Source of the DNA: Gemmatimonadales bacterium
Lineage (GTDB): Bacteria > Gemmatimonadota > Gemmatimonadetes > Gemmatimonadales > Gemmatimonadaceae
Reading direction: 5' to 3'
NCBI GenBank assembly: GCA_038322455.1
Contig: JBBQFZ010000002.1
Span: 20,223 to 84,222 of the forward strand
DNA: 64,000 nucleotides
Shown here one piece after another: positions 20,863 through 30,985 of this stretch. Numbering within the stretch: the first letter of the stretch is position 1; every line of letters starts with the position of its first letter. The notes under the pieces are model-generated. The model did not search any database, was not told where the DNA came from, and was given only the letters and a program-made list of their open reading frames with translations. Made by a program: the position numbers and the translations under genes.

Positions 20863-21747
20863 GTGGCGGGTTCCTTCGATGCCGACCGCGCCACGATCGA
20901 CCGTCGCCTCGACGAGATCTGCGACAATCATTTATCCATGCTTCCAATCGAGATTGCGGAAGCCGTGCGATACGGGCTCAAGAGTCCGGGAAAGCGGATT
21001 CGTCCGCTGCTCGCCGTTTACGCGTACCGCGCTGCGGGCGGTGATGGAGATCCGACGACACTCGCGTGCGCGCTGGAGGTGATTCACGGCTATTCGCTCG
21101 TGCATGACGATCTGCCTTGCATGGACGATGACGACATGCGCCGGGGACGTCCCACCGTTCACAAGGTCCATGGATCGCGAACCGCCATACTTGCTGGTGT
21201 CGCCATGATTCCAATCGCCGCGCTGGTCGTGCGCGACGCCGCGCGTGCGATGCATCTATCTCGTGAGATTGGTGACGCGATTCTTCAGACGCTCATGGCG
21301 GCGGGCGGAGTCTCGGGGATGATAGGGGGGCAGGTTCGCGATCTCGCCGGGGAGGGCCTCTCGCTGACGCTCGAGCAGCGCGAAACAATTCACGCTGCAA
21401 AGACCGGAGCTCTCATAGTTGCGTCGCTCAGAATCGGCGCGCTGGCCGCCAACGCTTCCTCGCCCGCCCTGGCCGCGCTCGAGCGGTTCGGTAGGGCGAT
21501 CGGGCTTTCGTTCCAGATCATGGATGACGTGCTCGACGTAACCTCGACCACCGGGGCGCTCGGCAAGACGGCCGGCAGGGATGTGGCGCTCGGCAAGAGC
21601 ACCTATCCCGCGCTGCTCGGTGTTGACGGCGCCAGGACGAGGGCGAGGGCGTTGATAGATGACGGGTTGACCGCGCTCGCCGAGCAGAAACTGCTCACGC
21701 ACGAGCTATCCCAAGTCGCTAATTTCATAGTCACACGGACGTCCTGA
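20863..21747 (+). CDS. ispA: Farnesyl diphosphate synthase (polyprenyl synthetase family)
   Basis: GKRIRP, FARM YSLVHDDLPCMDDDDMRRGRPT, KTGAL, SARM FQIMDDVLD, GKTAGRD; GTG start inferred. Confidence 0.92.
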   Translation: MAGSFDADRATIDRRLDEICDNHLSMLPIEIAEAVRYGLKSPGKRIRPLLAVYAYRAAGGDGDPTTLACALEVIHGYSLVHDDLPCMDDDDMRRGRPTVHKVHGSRTAILAGVAMIPIAALVVRDAARAMHLSREIGDAILQTLMAAGGVSGMIGGQVRDLAGEGLSLTLEQRETIHAAKTGALIVASLRIGALAANASSPALAALERFGRAIGLSFQIMDDVLDVTSTTGALGKTAGRDVALGKSTYPALLGVDGARTRARALIDDGLTALAEQKLLTHELSQVANFIVTRTS

Positions 21748-21760
21748 AAAGCACCCGGAA

Positions 21761-23695
21761 ATGTCAATTCTCGATAGTATCAATTCGCCCGCGGATCTCA
21801 AGCCGATGACGCGCGACGAGCTGCGCGCCCTCTCTGAGGAAATGCGCGCGCGTCTCATCGAAGTCTGTTCGCGTACGGGTGGACATATTGGAGCGGGTCT
21901 CGGAGTCGTTGAGCTGACGGTCGCTCTTCACGCCGTCTTCGAAACCCCCCGCGACAAGATCGTGTGGGATGTCGGGCATCAAGGCTATCCGCACAAGCTT
22001 CTCACCGGACGCGGCTCCAGGATTGAGACTCTGCGCCAGGAAGGTGGCTTGTCCGGCTTTCTCAAGCGCACAGAGAGCGAGTACGACACCTTCGGTGCCG
22101 GCCACGCCGGTACGGCCATTTCCGCGGGCTATGGCATGGCGGTGGCGCGCGATCTGAACGGACAGGATTTCAAGGTTGTCTCCATACTTGGCGATGGTGC
22201 GCTTACTTGCGGACTTGCGTACGAAGGTCTGAACAACGCCGGCGCGTCAGAGCGCGATTTCATCGTCATTCTGAACGACAACGAGATGTCGATAGCGCCC
22301 AACGTAGGCGCCATGTCCAAATACCTCACGTCGATCCAGCGGAATCCGCTCTACAACCGCGTGAGATCGGCGATCGGTTCGGTAGTCGATTCCGCTCCCG
22401 GCCCGCTCTCCGCGGTGGGTCATCTCGTGAGAAAGTGGGAGGAGAGCATGAAGTCGTTTCTCACTCCCGGCGTTCTCTTCGAGGAGCTCGGCTTTCGCTA
22501 CTTCGGACCGATCGACGGCCATGACATCGATGCGCTGATGGACACCTTCGCCGGCGTGAAGGAATTGGCCGGTCCTCGCCTAATCCATTGCATCACTCAG
22601 AAGGGTAAGGGATTTCCTGCCGGCGAGCACGTCGAGAAGTGGCACGCACTTCCTCCTGGCCACGACCCCGCTACGGGGAAACAGAGAAAGGTGTCGTCCG
22701 CGAATACCGCGTATACCGCGGCATTCGGAACCGGATTGCTGGAGCTCGCGAGGGAGAATCCAAAGATCGTGGCAATAACGGGCGCGATGCCCAGCGGAAC
22801 GGGTACGAGCGCGTTCGCAAAAACCTACCCCGACCGGTTTTTCGACGTCGGAATCGCTGAGGGACACGCGGTGACGTTCGCCGCGGGCCTGGCAACCGAG
22901 GGGATACGCCCTGTTTGCGCGATCTATTCGACATTCCTCCAACGTGCGTACGACAACGTCATTCACGATGTTGCAATCCAGCATCTGCCGGTGGTGTTTG
23001 CAATGGATCGCGCAGGGTTGGTGGGGGAAGATGGTCCGACTCACATGGGGTTGTACGACATTGCGTACATGCTGGCCGTTCCGGGAATGGTCGTGACCGC
23101 GCCGATGAACGGGAAGGAAATGATTGGGCTGCTTCGCAGTGGTCTCGCTTACGACGACGGCCCGTTCTGCGTTCGCTATCCGCGTGATGCGACGCCCGAC
23201 ATCGTTCCGCCGGCGGCCGAGATTGAGCGGATACCGCATGCGTCGTGGGAGATTCTTCGCCGGAGCGGCAGCGCCGGCAGGGATGCCGAGAAGGCGGTAG
23301 CCGTCCTCGCGGTGGGCACAATGGTTCTTCCCGCACTTTCAGCCGCGGACATTCTCGCCGAGAGCGGAGCAAGCGTGACGGTCGTGAATTGCCGCTACCT
23401 CAAGCCGCACGACGAGCAGACGCTGAGCGACGTTATCCGCGATCACCGAAACATTCTCGTCGTTGAGGAGGGTACGGTGGTCAACGGGTTTGGCGCGCAC
23501 ATGGCGGCGGTAATTGGGGAGATGGACCGGTCGGTGAAGGTCGTAGCTCACGGAATTCCGGACGCCTTCATCGATCAGGCGCCGCGAGCAAAGCAATTGG
23601 CGGCGCTGGGGCTGGACGCTCGTGGAATTGCGCAGCGCGCGAGCGCCGCGTTCGGTCTGGAGAGCTCCCGGGGCACTCACCTCCGGGCAGTCTGA
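21761..23695 (+). CDS. dxs: 1-deoxy-D-xylulose-5-phosphate synthase
   Basis: GGHIGAGLGVVEL, WDVGHQ, GDGALT...NDN, DVGIAE, YSTFLQRAYD, DRAGLVGEDGPTH. Confidence 0.97.
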   Translation: MSILDSINSPADLKPMTRDELRALSEEMRARLIEVCSRTGGHIGAGLGVVELTVALHAVFETPRDKIVWDVGHQGYPHKLLTGRGSRIETLRQEGGLSGFLKRTESEYDTFGAGHAGTAISAGYGMAVARDLNGQDFKVVSILGDGALTCGLAYEGLNNAGASERDFIVILNDNEMSIAPNVGAMSKYLTSIQRNPLYNRVRSAIGSVVDSAPGPLSAVGHLVRKWEESMKSFLTPGVLFEELGFRYFGPIDGHDIDALMDTFAGVKELAGPRLIHCITQKGKGFPAGEHVEKWHALPPGHDPATGKQRKVSSANTAYTAAFGTGLLELARENPKIVAITGAMPSGTGTSAFAKTYPDRFFDVGIAEGHAVTFAAGLATEGIRPVCAIYSTFLQRAYDNVIHDVAIQHLPVVFAMDRAGLVGEDGPTHMGLYDIAYMLAVPGMVVTAPMNGKEMIGLLRSGLAYDDGPFCVRYPRDATPDIVPPAAEIERIPHASWEILRRSGSAGRDAEKAVAVLAVGTMVLPALSAADILAESGASVTVVNCRYLKPHDEQTLSDVIRDHRNILVVEEGTVVNGFGAHMAAVIGEMDRSVKVVAHGIPDAFIDQAPRAKQLAALGLDARGIAQRASAAFGLESSRGTHLRAV

Positions 23696-24564
23696 TGCGG
23701 CTTGGTGTCATCGGGCATCAGGGTTACGACGAGCTGCCGGAGATTCTCCGCACGCTCTTTCGTCTTGCGCCCGAGCTCAAGATCGAGGCCTATCTCGAGC
23801 AAGGGCTGCATGAGGTAGCGGGAAAGGGCGGGCGGCTCGAGAATCCTGCCGAGCTCGACGCGCTCGTCACACTGGGTGGGGACGGAACTCTCCTGCGCGG
23901 CGCGCGTCTCCTCGACGGGAAAGACATCCCGATCCTCGGCGTGAATCTCGGCAGGCTGGGCTTTCTTACGAGTTGCCAGAAAGAGGACTTCGAAGCCGCC
24001 CTCAGGAATCTGGCGAGCGGGGACTATGTCGCTCAGCCGAGGATGGCGCTCTCCGCGCGGGCGATCGACCAGGCCGGCCAGGTGCGCAAGCAGTGGAGAG
24101 CGCTCAACGATTTCGTCCTGCACAAGGGCGGCTTCGCGCGCGTCGTTCGCCTGAATGTGTTCGTCGACGACGAAGGCATCGGCCAATATGCCGCCGACGG
24201 AATAGTCATCTCGACTCCCACTGGATCAACTGCCTACAGCCTCTCCGCAGGTGGACCGGTGGTGGTACCCACCCTCGAATCCATAGTCATCACTCCGATC
24301 TCGCCTCACACTCTGGCAGTTCGCTCACTCGTGATTCCTGCAGATGCCGAGGTCACGATCGAGGCAAATGAAAGTCCGACCGAGCTGCTCGTCACCGTCG
24401 ACGGACAGGTCGGCACCAGCTTCGTGAAGGGCGAGAAGCTCAAAGTGAGAAGAGCGGACAGCCCCGTGCGGATCGTACGGTTTCCCGGTGCGACGTTCTT
24501 CGAGCGCATGAGCGTCAAGCTCGGTTGGGGAGGTCTTCCCTCGGAGAGAGATCCAGGGTCCTGA
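23695..24564 (+). CDS. nadK: NAD+ kinase
   Basis: LGGDGTLL, GVNLGRLGFL, ALND, DGIVISTPTGSTAYSLSAGGP. Confidence 0.95.
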   Translation: MRLGVIGHQGYDELPEILRTLFRLAPELKIEAYLEQGLHEVAGKGGRLENPAELDALVTLGGDGTLLRGARLLDGKDIPILGVNLGRLGFLTSCQKEDFEAALRNLASGDYVAQPRMALSARAIDQAGQVRKQWRALNDFVLHKGGFARVVRLNVFVDDEGIGQYAADGIVISTPTGSTAYSLSAGGPVVVPTLESIVITPISPHTLAVRSLVIPADAEVTIEANESPTELLVTVDGQVGTSFVKGEKLKVRRADSPVRIVRFPGATFFERMSVKLGWGGLPSERDPGS

Positions 24565-26237
24565 TGCTCACCGAGCTGAGAATCCGCAACTTCGCGATCA
24601 TCGAGTCGGTCACGCTTCCCCTCGGCGAAGGCTTCAATGTTCTGTCAGGAGAAACCGGTGCGGGCAAATCCATCATCGTTGGCGCCCTCGGCCTCCTCCT
24701 TGGCGAGCGCGCCAGCGCCGATCTCATTCGCTCCGGCGCTGAAAAGGCCACCGTCGAGGGCGTGTTCGACGTGGCGAAGGTGTACGGAATCGAGGCGATC
24801 GCCGACGAGCGCGGAATCGAAGTTGAAGACGACACGCTGGTGCTCAAGCGTGAGATCGCGGCGAATGGCAGGGGACGGGCGTGGATCAATGGTGCGCCGG
24901 TTACGGCAACAATTCTGGCGGAGATCGGACGACATCTCGTCAACCTCCACGGCCAGCACGACGCGCAGACTCTGCTCGATGCGCAATCGCAGCGCGAAAT
25001 ACTCGATGCATTCGGTACTGCCGAGCCGCAGTCTGCGCTCGTGCGCAGCACTTACGGCGACCTTGCCGCGGTTCGCCGGGAATCCGCCGCGCTCACCGCT
25101 CGGAGGGCCGAGGCGGAGAAGCGCGCTGACTATCTGAGACACGTTGCGAAAGAAATCGAGGATGCGCGCATCTCGCCCGGAGAAGATGCGAAGCTGGAAG
25201 ACGAAGCTCGCGTGCTCGAGAACGCGGACGAGCTGCGCACTCTGGCGACCGCATTGAACGATCTGCTTTCGGGAGACGAAGCGAGCGTGCTCACGCAGCT
25301 GGGTCATGCCCAGCGACCGCTCACGTCCATCGAGCGGATCGATCCCGCGGCGGCGCGTATGCAGGAGCTGTTTGACGCGGGCTTCTATGCGCTGCAGGAG
25401 CTGGCGCGAAGCGTTGAGGATTACGCGGGCTCGGTCGATCTCGATCCCGCACGACTCGAGGAAGTGCGTCAGCGTCGCGATCGACTATTTGGTTTGCTCA
25501 AGAAGTACGGTCCGGCACTCGGTGACGTGCTCGAGGCTGGACGGTCCGCCCGCGCGGAGCTCGATATCATCGACACCGCGCAGTTTGATCTAGCCAACCT
25601 GACAATCCGGGAGACCGAGACCAGGCGGCGCCTGATCGAGGAGGCCGAAAAGCTGTCCGACTTGCGGATTGCCGCCGCGAAGAAGCTCGCCAAGTCCGTC
25701 GACGCGCTCTTGCCGCAGCTCGGCATGCCCGACGGCCGGTTCTCCGTCGCGCTGACTGCTCGCGACGAGCCGACCTCGGACGGGGCGGAAGATGTAGAGT
25801 TTCGCGTTGCGCTCAACGTGGGCCACGAAGAGCGTCCGCTCGCGCGCGTCGCTTCCGGGGGCGAGCTGTCTCGCGTGATGCTGGCTCTCAAGACAATTCT
25901 CGCGCGCGTCGATCGTGTGCCCACGTTGATATTCGACGAGGTCGACGCCGGAATCGGTGGGCGTGTCGGACTTCAGGTTGGCGATACTCTCCGGCGCGTT
26001 GCAAATGATCACCAGGTTTTCGCGATCTCCCATCTTCCACAGATCGCCGCGCGCGCGCACCACCACATCGTGGTCGCTAAGGGCGCGAAAGGTGGAGTGA
26101 CCACCGCCGACATCTCCGTGCTCGAAGGAAGCAGCCGAGTGCAGGAGATCGCGCGAATGCTGGGCGGAGATCCGGAGAGCAAGGTGAGCCGAGCTCACGC
26201 CAGGGAGCTGCTGGAGAGCGCTGCGGCGCCAGCCTGA
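24564..26237 (+). CDS. recN: DNA repair protein RecN
   Basis: LRIRNFAII, GETGAGKS, HGQH, ASGGELSRVML, IFDEVDAGIGG, HLPQIAA, EIARMLGG. Confidence 0.96.
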   Translation: MLTELRIRNFAIIESVTLPLGEGFNVLSGETGAGKSIIVGALGLLLGERASADLIRSGAEKATVEGVFDVAKVYGIEAIADERGIEVEDDTLVLKREIAANGRGRAWINGAPVTATILAEIGRHLVNLHGQHDAQTLLDAQSQREILDAFGTAEPQSALVRSTYGDLAAVRRESAALTARRAEAEKRADYLRHVAKEIEDARISPGEDAKLEDEARVLENADELRTLATALNDLLSGDEASVLTQLGHAQRPLTSIERIDPAAARMQELFDAGFYALQELARSVEDYAGSVDLDPARLEEVRQRRDRLFGLLKKYGPALGDVLEAGRSARAELDIIDTAQFDLANLTIRETETRRRLIEEAEKLSDLRIAAAKKLAKSVDALLPQLGMPDGRFSVALTARDEPTSDGAEDVEFRVALNVGHEERPLARVASGGELSRVMLALKTILARVDRVPTLIFDEVDAGIGGRVGLQVGDTLRRVANDHQVFAISHLPQIAARAHHHIVVAKGAKGGVTTADISVLEGSSRVQEIARMLGGDPESKVSRAHARELLESAAAPA

Positions 26238-26301
26238 GGGAAAGAGCCGCCCAATGGGCTGCCTCTTCTCTCACTACCGACCGAAGGAACTCGCTCGGGG
26301 A

Positions 26302-27996
26302 TTACTTCCCGCCGAAGATTCTCGCGTACAAGCGTACCTGCACCTGATCGGTGAAATACTTCGCCTGATTTCCGCCCGATCCTTTCACCGTTTGCCAGTG
26401 CAGGAAGGTCACCTCGAACGGAAGTTTGGCCTTCCCCTGTTCAACGGCGTAGAGGTTGGAATAAGCGAGTCCGCCGCCGACGCGATGCTCTTTCGTTTCC
26501 GTTTCGAGATCGAGTGTCGACGCATCGAGGTTGACGTCCGAGGAACCCGTCATGGCCGCGGGGATGGTGAACGCGCCGGTGTAGTGATCCTGTGCCTTGT
26601 GACGATACACGTACTGAGCGGAAAGGGAGAAAAAGTCGTTGATGACGACGCGTGGCGAGGTCTCGAATTCGAGAGCAGTGCCCAGCTGCCGGTGAACCGT
26701 CTGACGCCGGTAGGCCGGCGCGAGCTCCTCGTTCGGTAAATCCAGGATGCGCATGATCTGATCGTCGGCGAATGGCTTGTTGACGCGCACCACAAAGGAC
26801 TGCCAGAAGTGGCTTCCGATCAGAACATCGCCGAACCAGCGACCCTCCAGCGCCCTGGCGTGGCGACCGGTGCCGATGTCGATGAAGTTGTCCGGCGATT
26901 CCACCAGACTGGTTGGAATGCGAAAAATTCCGCCGACGGCCGTGCGGAAGTTGAGACCTCGTGGTGAGATTCTCGCTGCCGTGTTGCGCCCGAAGGAATC
27001 GAAGATGGAGAACTTCGCCCCGACATCGATATCACCGAGATGGGAATGTCCGGTGTTGGCAAGAGGATCGGCGCTGAATCCAAACGCCCCTTCAGTGAGA
27101 ATCCGCTGTGCGTCGCTGACGGTCAGCCGATTCTGTGCCGCGAACGGACCAGTCGTCGTTGCGGCGATGTTGTTTATGCCGAAACGCTGGTAGAGCGCCC
27201 TGAACGCCGCAACGCGCGCCTCGATGCTGAGCTGCGCGTCCGTCCCGACGATCGGGACGAACGGTGAAGTCGTGTACAGACCGTTAGGCCCTGCCGCGCC
27301 ACCGGCGAATTGATTTGAGGTCGCGATCAGGTTCTGCGCGTTGGCCCGATTTGCGTTGAGCGCGGGGCAGTTGGGAGAGGCGGCTGGATTGGTCTGGCAC
27401 GCGTCGAGAGACGCCTGCAAGGTGCTGGCGGCGGCGGTGAACTGCGCGAGAAACGTCGAGTTCACCGCCTGAGCGTTCTGGTTCGAAATTGCCGGATTGA
27501 ATCCGAGATTCCCCTCGGTCAAACTCGTATTGACGTTGAAGAAGGTCTCCGTACGAGTGACGACATAGGGGACCTGGACGGCAACCGAGAGTCTTCCGGT
27601 GAGTCCGGCCTCGAGGATCAGAGGAAATGTGGCGATTCGGTCGCGCAGGTTGACCTGCGTGTTGCCCAACGTCGCCATCCAGTTGGGGTTTCCGATGAGC
27701 TGTTGGACCCCGTTCTGGACCACGGCCAGGCTGGGGAACTGCTTTACCCCTATGGTATCGAGCGTGAAATCGACGCCGAGCGGCTCGAGCGCACCGTCGG
27801 GCCGGCCCGGCGTGTTCATCCCGTAACGCTCGTTGAAGGATGTCCACTGCGCGAGTGTTCTCAAGCGAAACACCCCGCGGGGCAGCACCAGAGCGTCGTC
27901 CCCGACGCCCAGCACCCGCTGGGCGGAGGCGGAGACCGCAAAGAGTGCGGTGAAAGCGAGTGCGACAGCGGAGAGTCTTACCCAACAACGCTGCAT
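26302..27996 (-). CDS. Hypothetical secreted protein, probable outer-membrane beta-barrel with a large helical insert
   Basis: 564-aa ORF; signal peptide ending ASA|Q; alternating amphipathic strands in the C-terminal half, ending VQVRLYARIF. Confidence 0.65.
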   Translation of the reverse strand: MQRCWVRLSAVALAFTALFAVSASAQRVLGVGDDALVLPRGVFRLRTLAQWTSFNERYGMNTPGRPDGALEPLGVDFTLDTIGVKQFPSLAVVQNGVQQLIGNPNWMATLGNTQVNLRDRIATFPLILEAGLTGRLSVAVQVPYVVTRTETFFNVNTSLTEGNLGFNPAISNQNAQAVNSTFLAQFTAAASTLQASLDACQTNPAASPNCPALNANRANAQNLIATSNQFAGGAAGPNGLYTTSPFVPIVGTDAQLSIEARVAAFRALYQRFGINNIAATTTGPFAAQNRLTVSDAQRILTEGAFGFSADPLANTGHSHLGDIDVGAKFSIFDSFGRNTAARISPRGLNFRTAVGGIFRIPTSLVESPDNFIDIGTGRHARALEGRWFGDVLIGSHFWQSFVVRVNKPFADDQIMRILDLPNEELAPAYRRQTVHRQLGTALEFETSPRVVINDFFSLSAQYVYRHKAQDHYTGAFTIPAAMTGSSDVNLDASTLDLETETKEHRVGGGLAYSNLYAVEQGKAKLPFEVTFLHWQTVKGSGGNQAKYFTDQVQVRLYARIFGGK

Positions 27997-28136
27997 ATCA
28001 TCTCATGACAATGTGAAGACACAGTAGGGGCGCTCGTCAGACCTTGGGGACTCACGCCATCTCGGGGACGTTATCATTCAGTTTGAGGTTTTGGCAACTT
28101 GAAAATGCGTCGCTCGATCAGACGGGTAATCCGCGC

Positions 28137-28165
28137 TTGTTAGCGTCGTTTTGGGCCCGTACCTT
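28137..28165 (+). promoter_or_regulatory. Sigma70-type promoter of the tRNA operon
   Basis: TTGTTA, 17 nt, TACCTT; ends 11 nt upstream of tRNA-Gly. Confidence 0.55.
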
Positions 28166-28176
28166 TGTCGCTGGTT

Positions 28177-28249
28177 GCGGGAATAGCTCAGTTGGTAGAG
28201 CACAACCTTGCCAAGGTTGGGGTCGCGGGTTCGAGTCCCGTTTCCCGCT
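28177..28249 (+). tRNA. tRNA-Gly(GCC), CCA not encoded
   Basis: Cloverleaf: GCGGGAA/TTCCCGC acceptor stem, D arm GCTC/GAGC, anticodon arm CAACC-TTGCCAA-GGTTG, T loop TTCGAGT. Confidence 0.97.
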
Positions 28250-28301
28250 TCGCTTTTCATCGGGGTTGGTGTCGGCCCACAGTGCTGGTGCCTCATCATC
28301 C

Positions 28302-28386
28302 GCTCGGGTGGCGAAATCGGTAGACGCGAGGGACTTAAAATCCCTTGGGACATACTCCCATGCGGGTTCGATCCCCGCCCCGAGCA
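28302..28386 (+). tRNA. tRNA-Leu(TAA), long variable arm, CCA not encoded
   Basis: GCTCGGG/CCCGAGC acceptor stem, anticodon arm AGGGA-CTTAAAA-TCCCT, variable arm TGGGA...TCCCA, T loop TTCGATC, discriminator A. Confidence 0.96.
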
Positions 28387-28390
28387 TACG

Positions 28391-30985
28391 GTGAACGGCC
28401 CGCTGGCACCCACTCGGCGCTCTTACGGACTGCGCCCGCGCCTCATCGTGCTGGTCCTCGGCGCGGTTACGCCGTTCGTCCTGCTCATCGGGATGGTCGC
28501 CAGGCAGCATCGCTTCAACGAGCGGTCCGGCGCGGAGCAACGAGCGCTGGCCCAGGCGCAGGCTCTCGCCGACAGATTGGATAGCCGCTTCGGCACGATC
28601 GAGACATTGCTGTTCACCCTTGTTCACGCCGCGAGCCCGAATCCTCATGATTCGTTGGCCAACGACGCACTTCTTCGTGCCGTTGTTGACGAGCTGCCGA
28701 CGGACTTCGCGCACTTTGCCGTCACGACCGAGTCGGGTATCGGGATTGGCACATCCGATACGTTGTTGAATGGAAGGCGGCGCTCAATGTCTTCGCCGAC
28801 ATCGGTTCCCGATACTCTTCTTGGGTTCGACATCCAGGGCCCCGTGCCGCTCTATGGCGCGGAGGGACCTCTCGCCATTGCAATCTCGCGCGTTGACAGC
28901 GCGCGGGGAATGCGTGTGATCGGCTTCGTGACGACCGCCCGGCTCCAGCGCGAGCTGTCGAAGAGCATCATGCTGGACACCGCACTGGCAACGATCACGG
29001 ATTCGCCGGGAAGGGTGATCTTCAGATCGCCTCTGGCGGGCAACTGGCTCGGTAAGTCCATCAGTGGCACGCCCCTGTTTCGCGCATCGAGTGGCCGAAA
29101 GACCGGCGTCGCCGAGGTGTCTGATGTCGACGGAACTCCGGTCTTTTCCGGCTTCGTTACTTCGAGGCACATTCCCTGGATCGTGCAGGTGGGCACACCC
29201 CAGTCTCTGGCGTTCGCAAAGGAGCGGGCAGATTTCTGGAGAGCCGTCAGGTGGGGCACGTTCGCCCTCTTTGTCGGGCTCGCGCTGGCGTGGATGCAGG
29301 CGACCCGAATCATTGTTCCGATGAGACGGGTGGCAGATGACGCTGCGGTGTTCTCCAAGGGAGATCTCTCGCACCGTTCGGACCTGGCGGGCTCGAATGA
29401 CGAAATCGGAATGCTCAGCAAGACGCTCAACGCCATGGCCGAAGCCTTGGAGATGCGCGAGGACGCTTTGACCCGAAGCGAGCTGCGCTTCAGAGCAATC
29501 ATTGAAAATGTTGACGATATGGTGATCATCGCGGCGCCCGATCTATCCCGGCACTACGTGAGCCCGGCAATGTCGCGAATACTCGGCTATTCGGAGGAAG
29601 AGCTGCTCGCGATAACTGCTCAGGACATGATTCACCCGACCGACTGGCCCGGCGTGCGCGAGCTGATCCGGGATGTGCAGGTGATTCCCGGAGCCAAGGT
29701 ATCTGGTCAGGCGAGGTACCTGCACAAGGACGGATCGTGGCTCGTTTTCGACTCCGCGCTGAGCAACATGCTGGATGTTCCGGGCGTAGAGGGCATTGTT
29801 GTAAACCTGCGCGACGTGACACAGAGGGTGGCCCTCGAAAGCGACCTCAGGCAGGCGCAGAAGATGGAGTCGGTCGGTCAGCTCGCGGGGGGCGTAGCTC
29901 ACGACTTCAACAATCTCCTCACCGTGATCACGGGCAGGATCGACTTCCTCCTTGGAGCACCCAACCTCAGCGCGGAGCAGCAGACGGATCTCGACGAGAT
30001 CATGAAGGCGACGGTGCGGGCGACTGGGCTTACGCGGCAGCTTTTGGCCTTCAGCAGGAAGCAGCTGCTGCAGCCACGCGTTGTAAACCTGAATCGCACC
30101 CTTGCTGACGTGGAGCCAATGCTGCGAAGGCTGATTGGAGAGGACATCCAGATTCGCATTGAGCACGGCGCAGATCTCGGGTCTGTCACGGCGGATCCGG
30201 GGCAGCTTCAGCAGATACTGATGAATCTCGCCGTCAATGCTCGCGACGCGATGCCTTCGGGAGGCGTGCTGACGTTCAGGACGGCGAATGAGACCGTCCG
30301 CAATCGCCCGGCGCCAATTCCCGCGCTCCTCGAGGACGGCGAGTACGTCGTGCTGACAGTCTCGGACACGGGGCTCGGAATGGAGCAGTCGACACAGGCG
30401 CGCATCTTCGAGCCGTTCTTCACCACCAAGACCCAGGGCAAGGGAACGGGCCTTGGCCTCTCGACCGTCTATGGAATCGTCAAGCAATCGGGAGCCGCCA
30501 TTTCGGTGACGAGCGCGCCGAATGCCGGGACGACCTTTCAGGTGCGTTTTCCGCGAACCGACGGGTTTGCGTTGGCGCAGCCGGCTGAACGGGATCCGCA
30601 GTCGGCCCTTTCGGGGACCGAGACCATCCTTCTCGTCGAAGACGACAGCTCGGTGAGAGATCTCGTCGAGCGCGTGCTTCGCTCGCGCGGGTATCATGTG
30701 CTCGCGGCGCAGCACGGGGGCGACGCGCTGCAGCTGGCGTCGCACACGCTGCGCGTTGTGGATCTCGTGCTCACCGACGTGGTGATGCCATCGATGAGCG
30801 GACGGGAGCTGGTGGAGGCGCTAAGAGCCGGGCGGCCGGCGCTTCGCGTTCTTTACATGTCGGGGTACACCGACGACGAAATCATCCGCCGCGGACTTCA
30901 CGATCCCAGCATCTCGTTCATTCAGAAGCCGTTCACGGCCGACAATTTGGCGATGCAGGTGAGAAAAAGCCTGGACGTGGCGTGA
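28391..30985 (+). CDS. Hybrid sensor histidine kinase (TM-Cache-like-TM-HAMP-PAS-HisKA-HATPase-REC, CckA-like)
   Basis: AHDFNNLL H-box, [12 protein letters not shown]-box, [40 protein letters not shown]. The ORF-track start at 28208 runs through the tRNAs, so GTG 28391 is used. Confidence 0.92.
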   Translation: MNGPLAPTRRSYGLRPRLIVLVLGAVTPFVLLIGMVARQHRFNERSGAEQRALAQAQALADRLDSRFGTIETLLFTLVHAASPNPHDSLANDALLRAVVDELPTDFAHFAVTTESGIGIGTSDTLLNGRRRSMSSPTSVPDTLLGFDIQGPVPLYGAEGPLAIAISRVDSARGMRVIGFVTTARLQRELSKSIMLDTALATITDSPGRVIFRSPLAGNWLGKSISGTPLFRASSGRKTGVAEVSDVDGTPVFSGFVTSRHIPWIVQVGTPQSLAFAKERADFWRAVRWGTFALFVGLALAWMQATRIIVPMRRVADDAAVFSKGDLSHRSDLAGSNDEIGMLSKTLNAMAEALEMREDALTRSELRFRAIIENVDDMVIIAAPDLSRHYVSPAMSRILGYSEEELLAITAQDMIHPTDWPGVRELIRDVQVIPGAKVSGQARYLHKDGSWLVFDSALSNMLDVPGVEGIVVNLRDVTQRVALESDLRQAQKMESVGQLAGGVAHDFNNLLTVITGRIDFLLGAPNLSAEQQTDLDEIMKATVRATGLTRQLLAFSRKQLLQPRVVNLNRTLADVEPMLRRLIGEDIQIRIEHGADLGSVTADPGQLQQILMNLAVNARDAMPSGGVLTFRTANETVRNRPAPIPALLEDGEYVVLTVSDTGLGMEQSTQARIFEPFFTTKTQGKGTGLGLSTVYGIVKQSGAAISVTSAPNAGTTFQVRFPRTDGFALAQPAERDPQSALSGTETILLVEDDSSVRDLVERVLRSRGYHVLAAQHGGDALQLASHTLRVVDLVLTDVVMPSMSGRELVEALRAGRPALRVLYMSGYTDDEIIRRGLHDPSISFIQKPFTADNLAMQVRKSLDVA

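Noticed and set aside
23690-23700. tlyA absent between dxs and nadK
   Set aside because: This slot is variable across bacteria and loss or relocation is common.
28250-28301. Possible tRNA-Cys or its remnant between tRNA-Gly and tRNA-Leu (as in glyW-cysT-leuZ)
   Set aside because: The spacer is only 52 nt, with no T-loop, anticodon arm or GCA loop.
28208-28390. N-terminal extension of the hybrid kinase in the ORF track
   Set aside because: It runs through two complete tRNA genes and is an artefact of an open frame.
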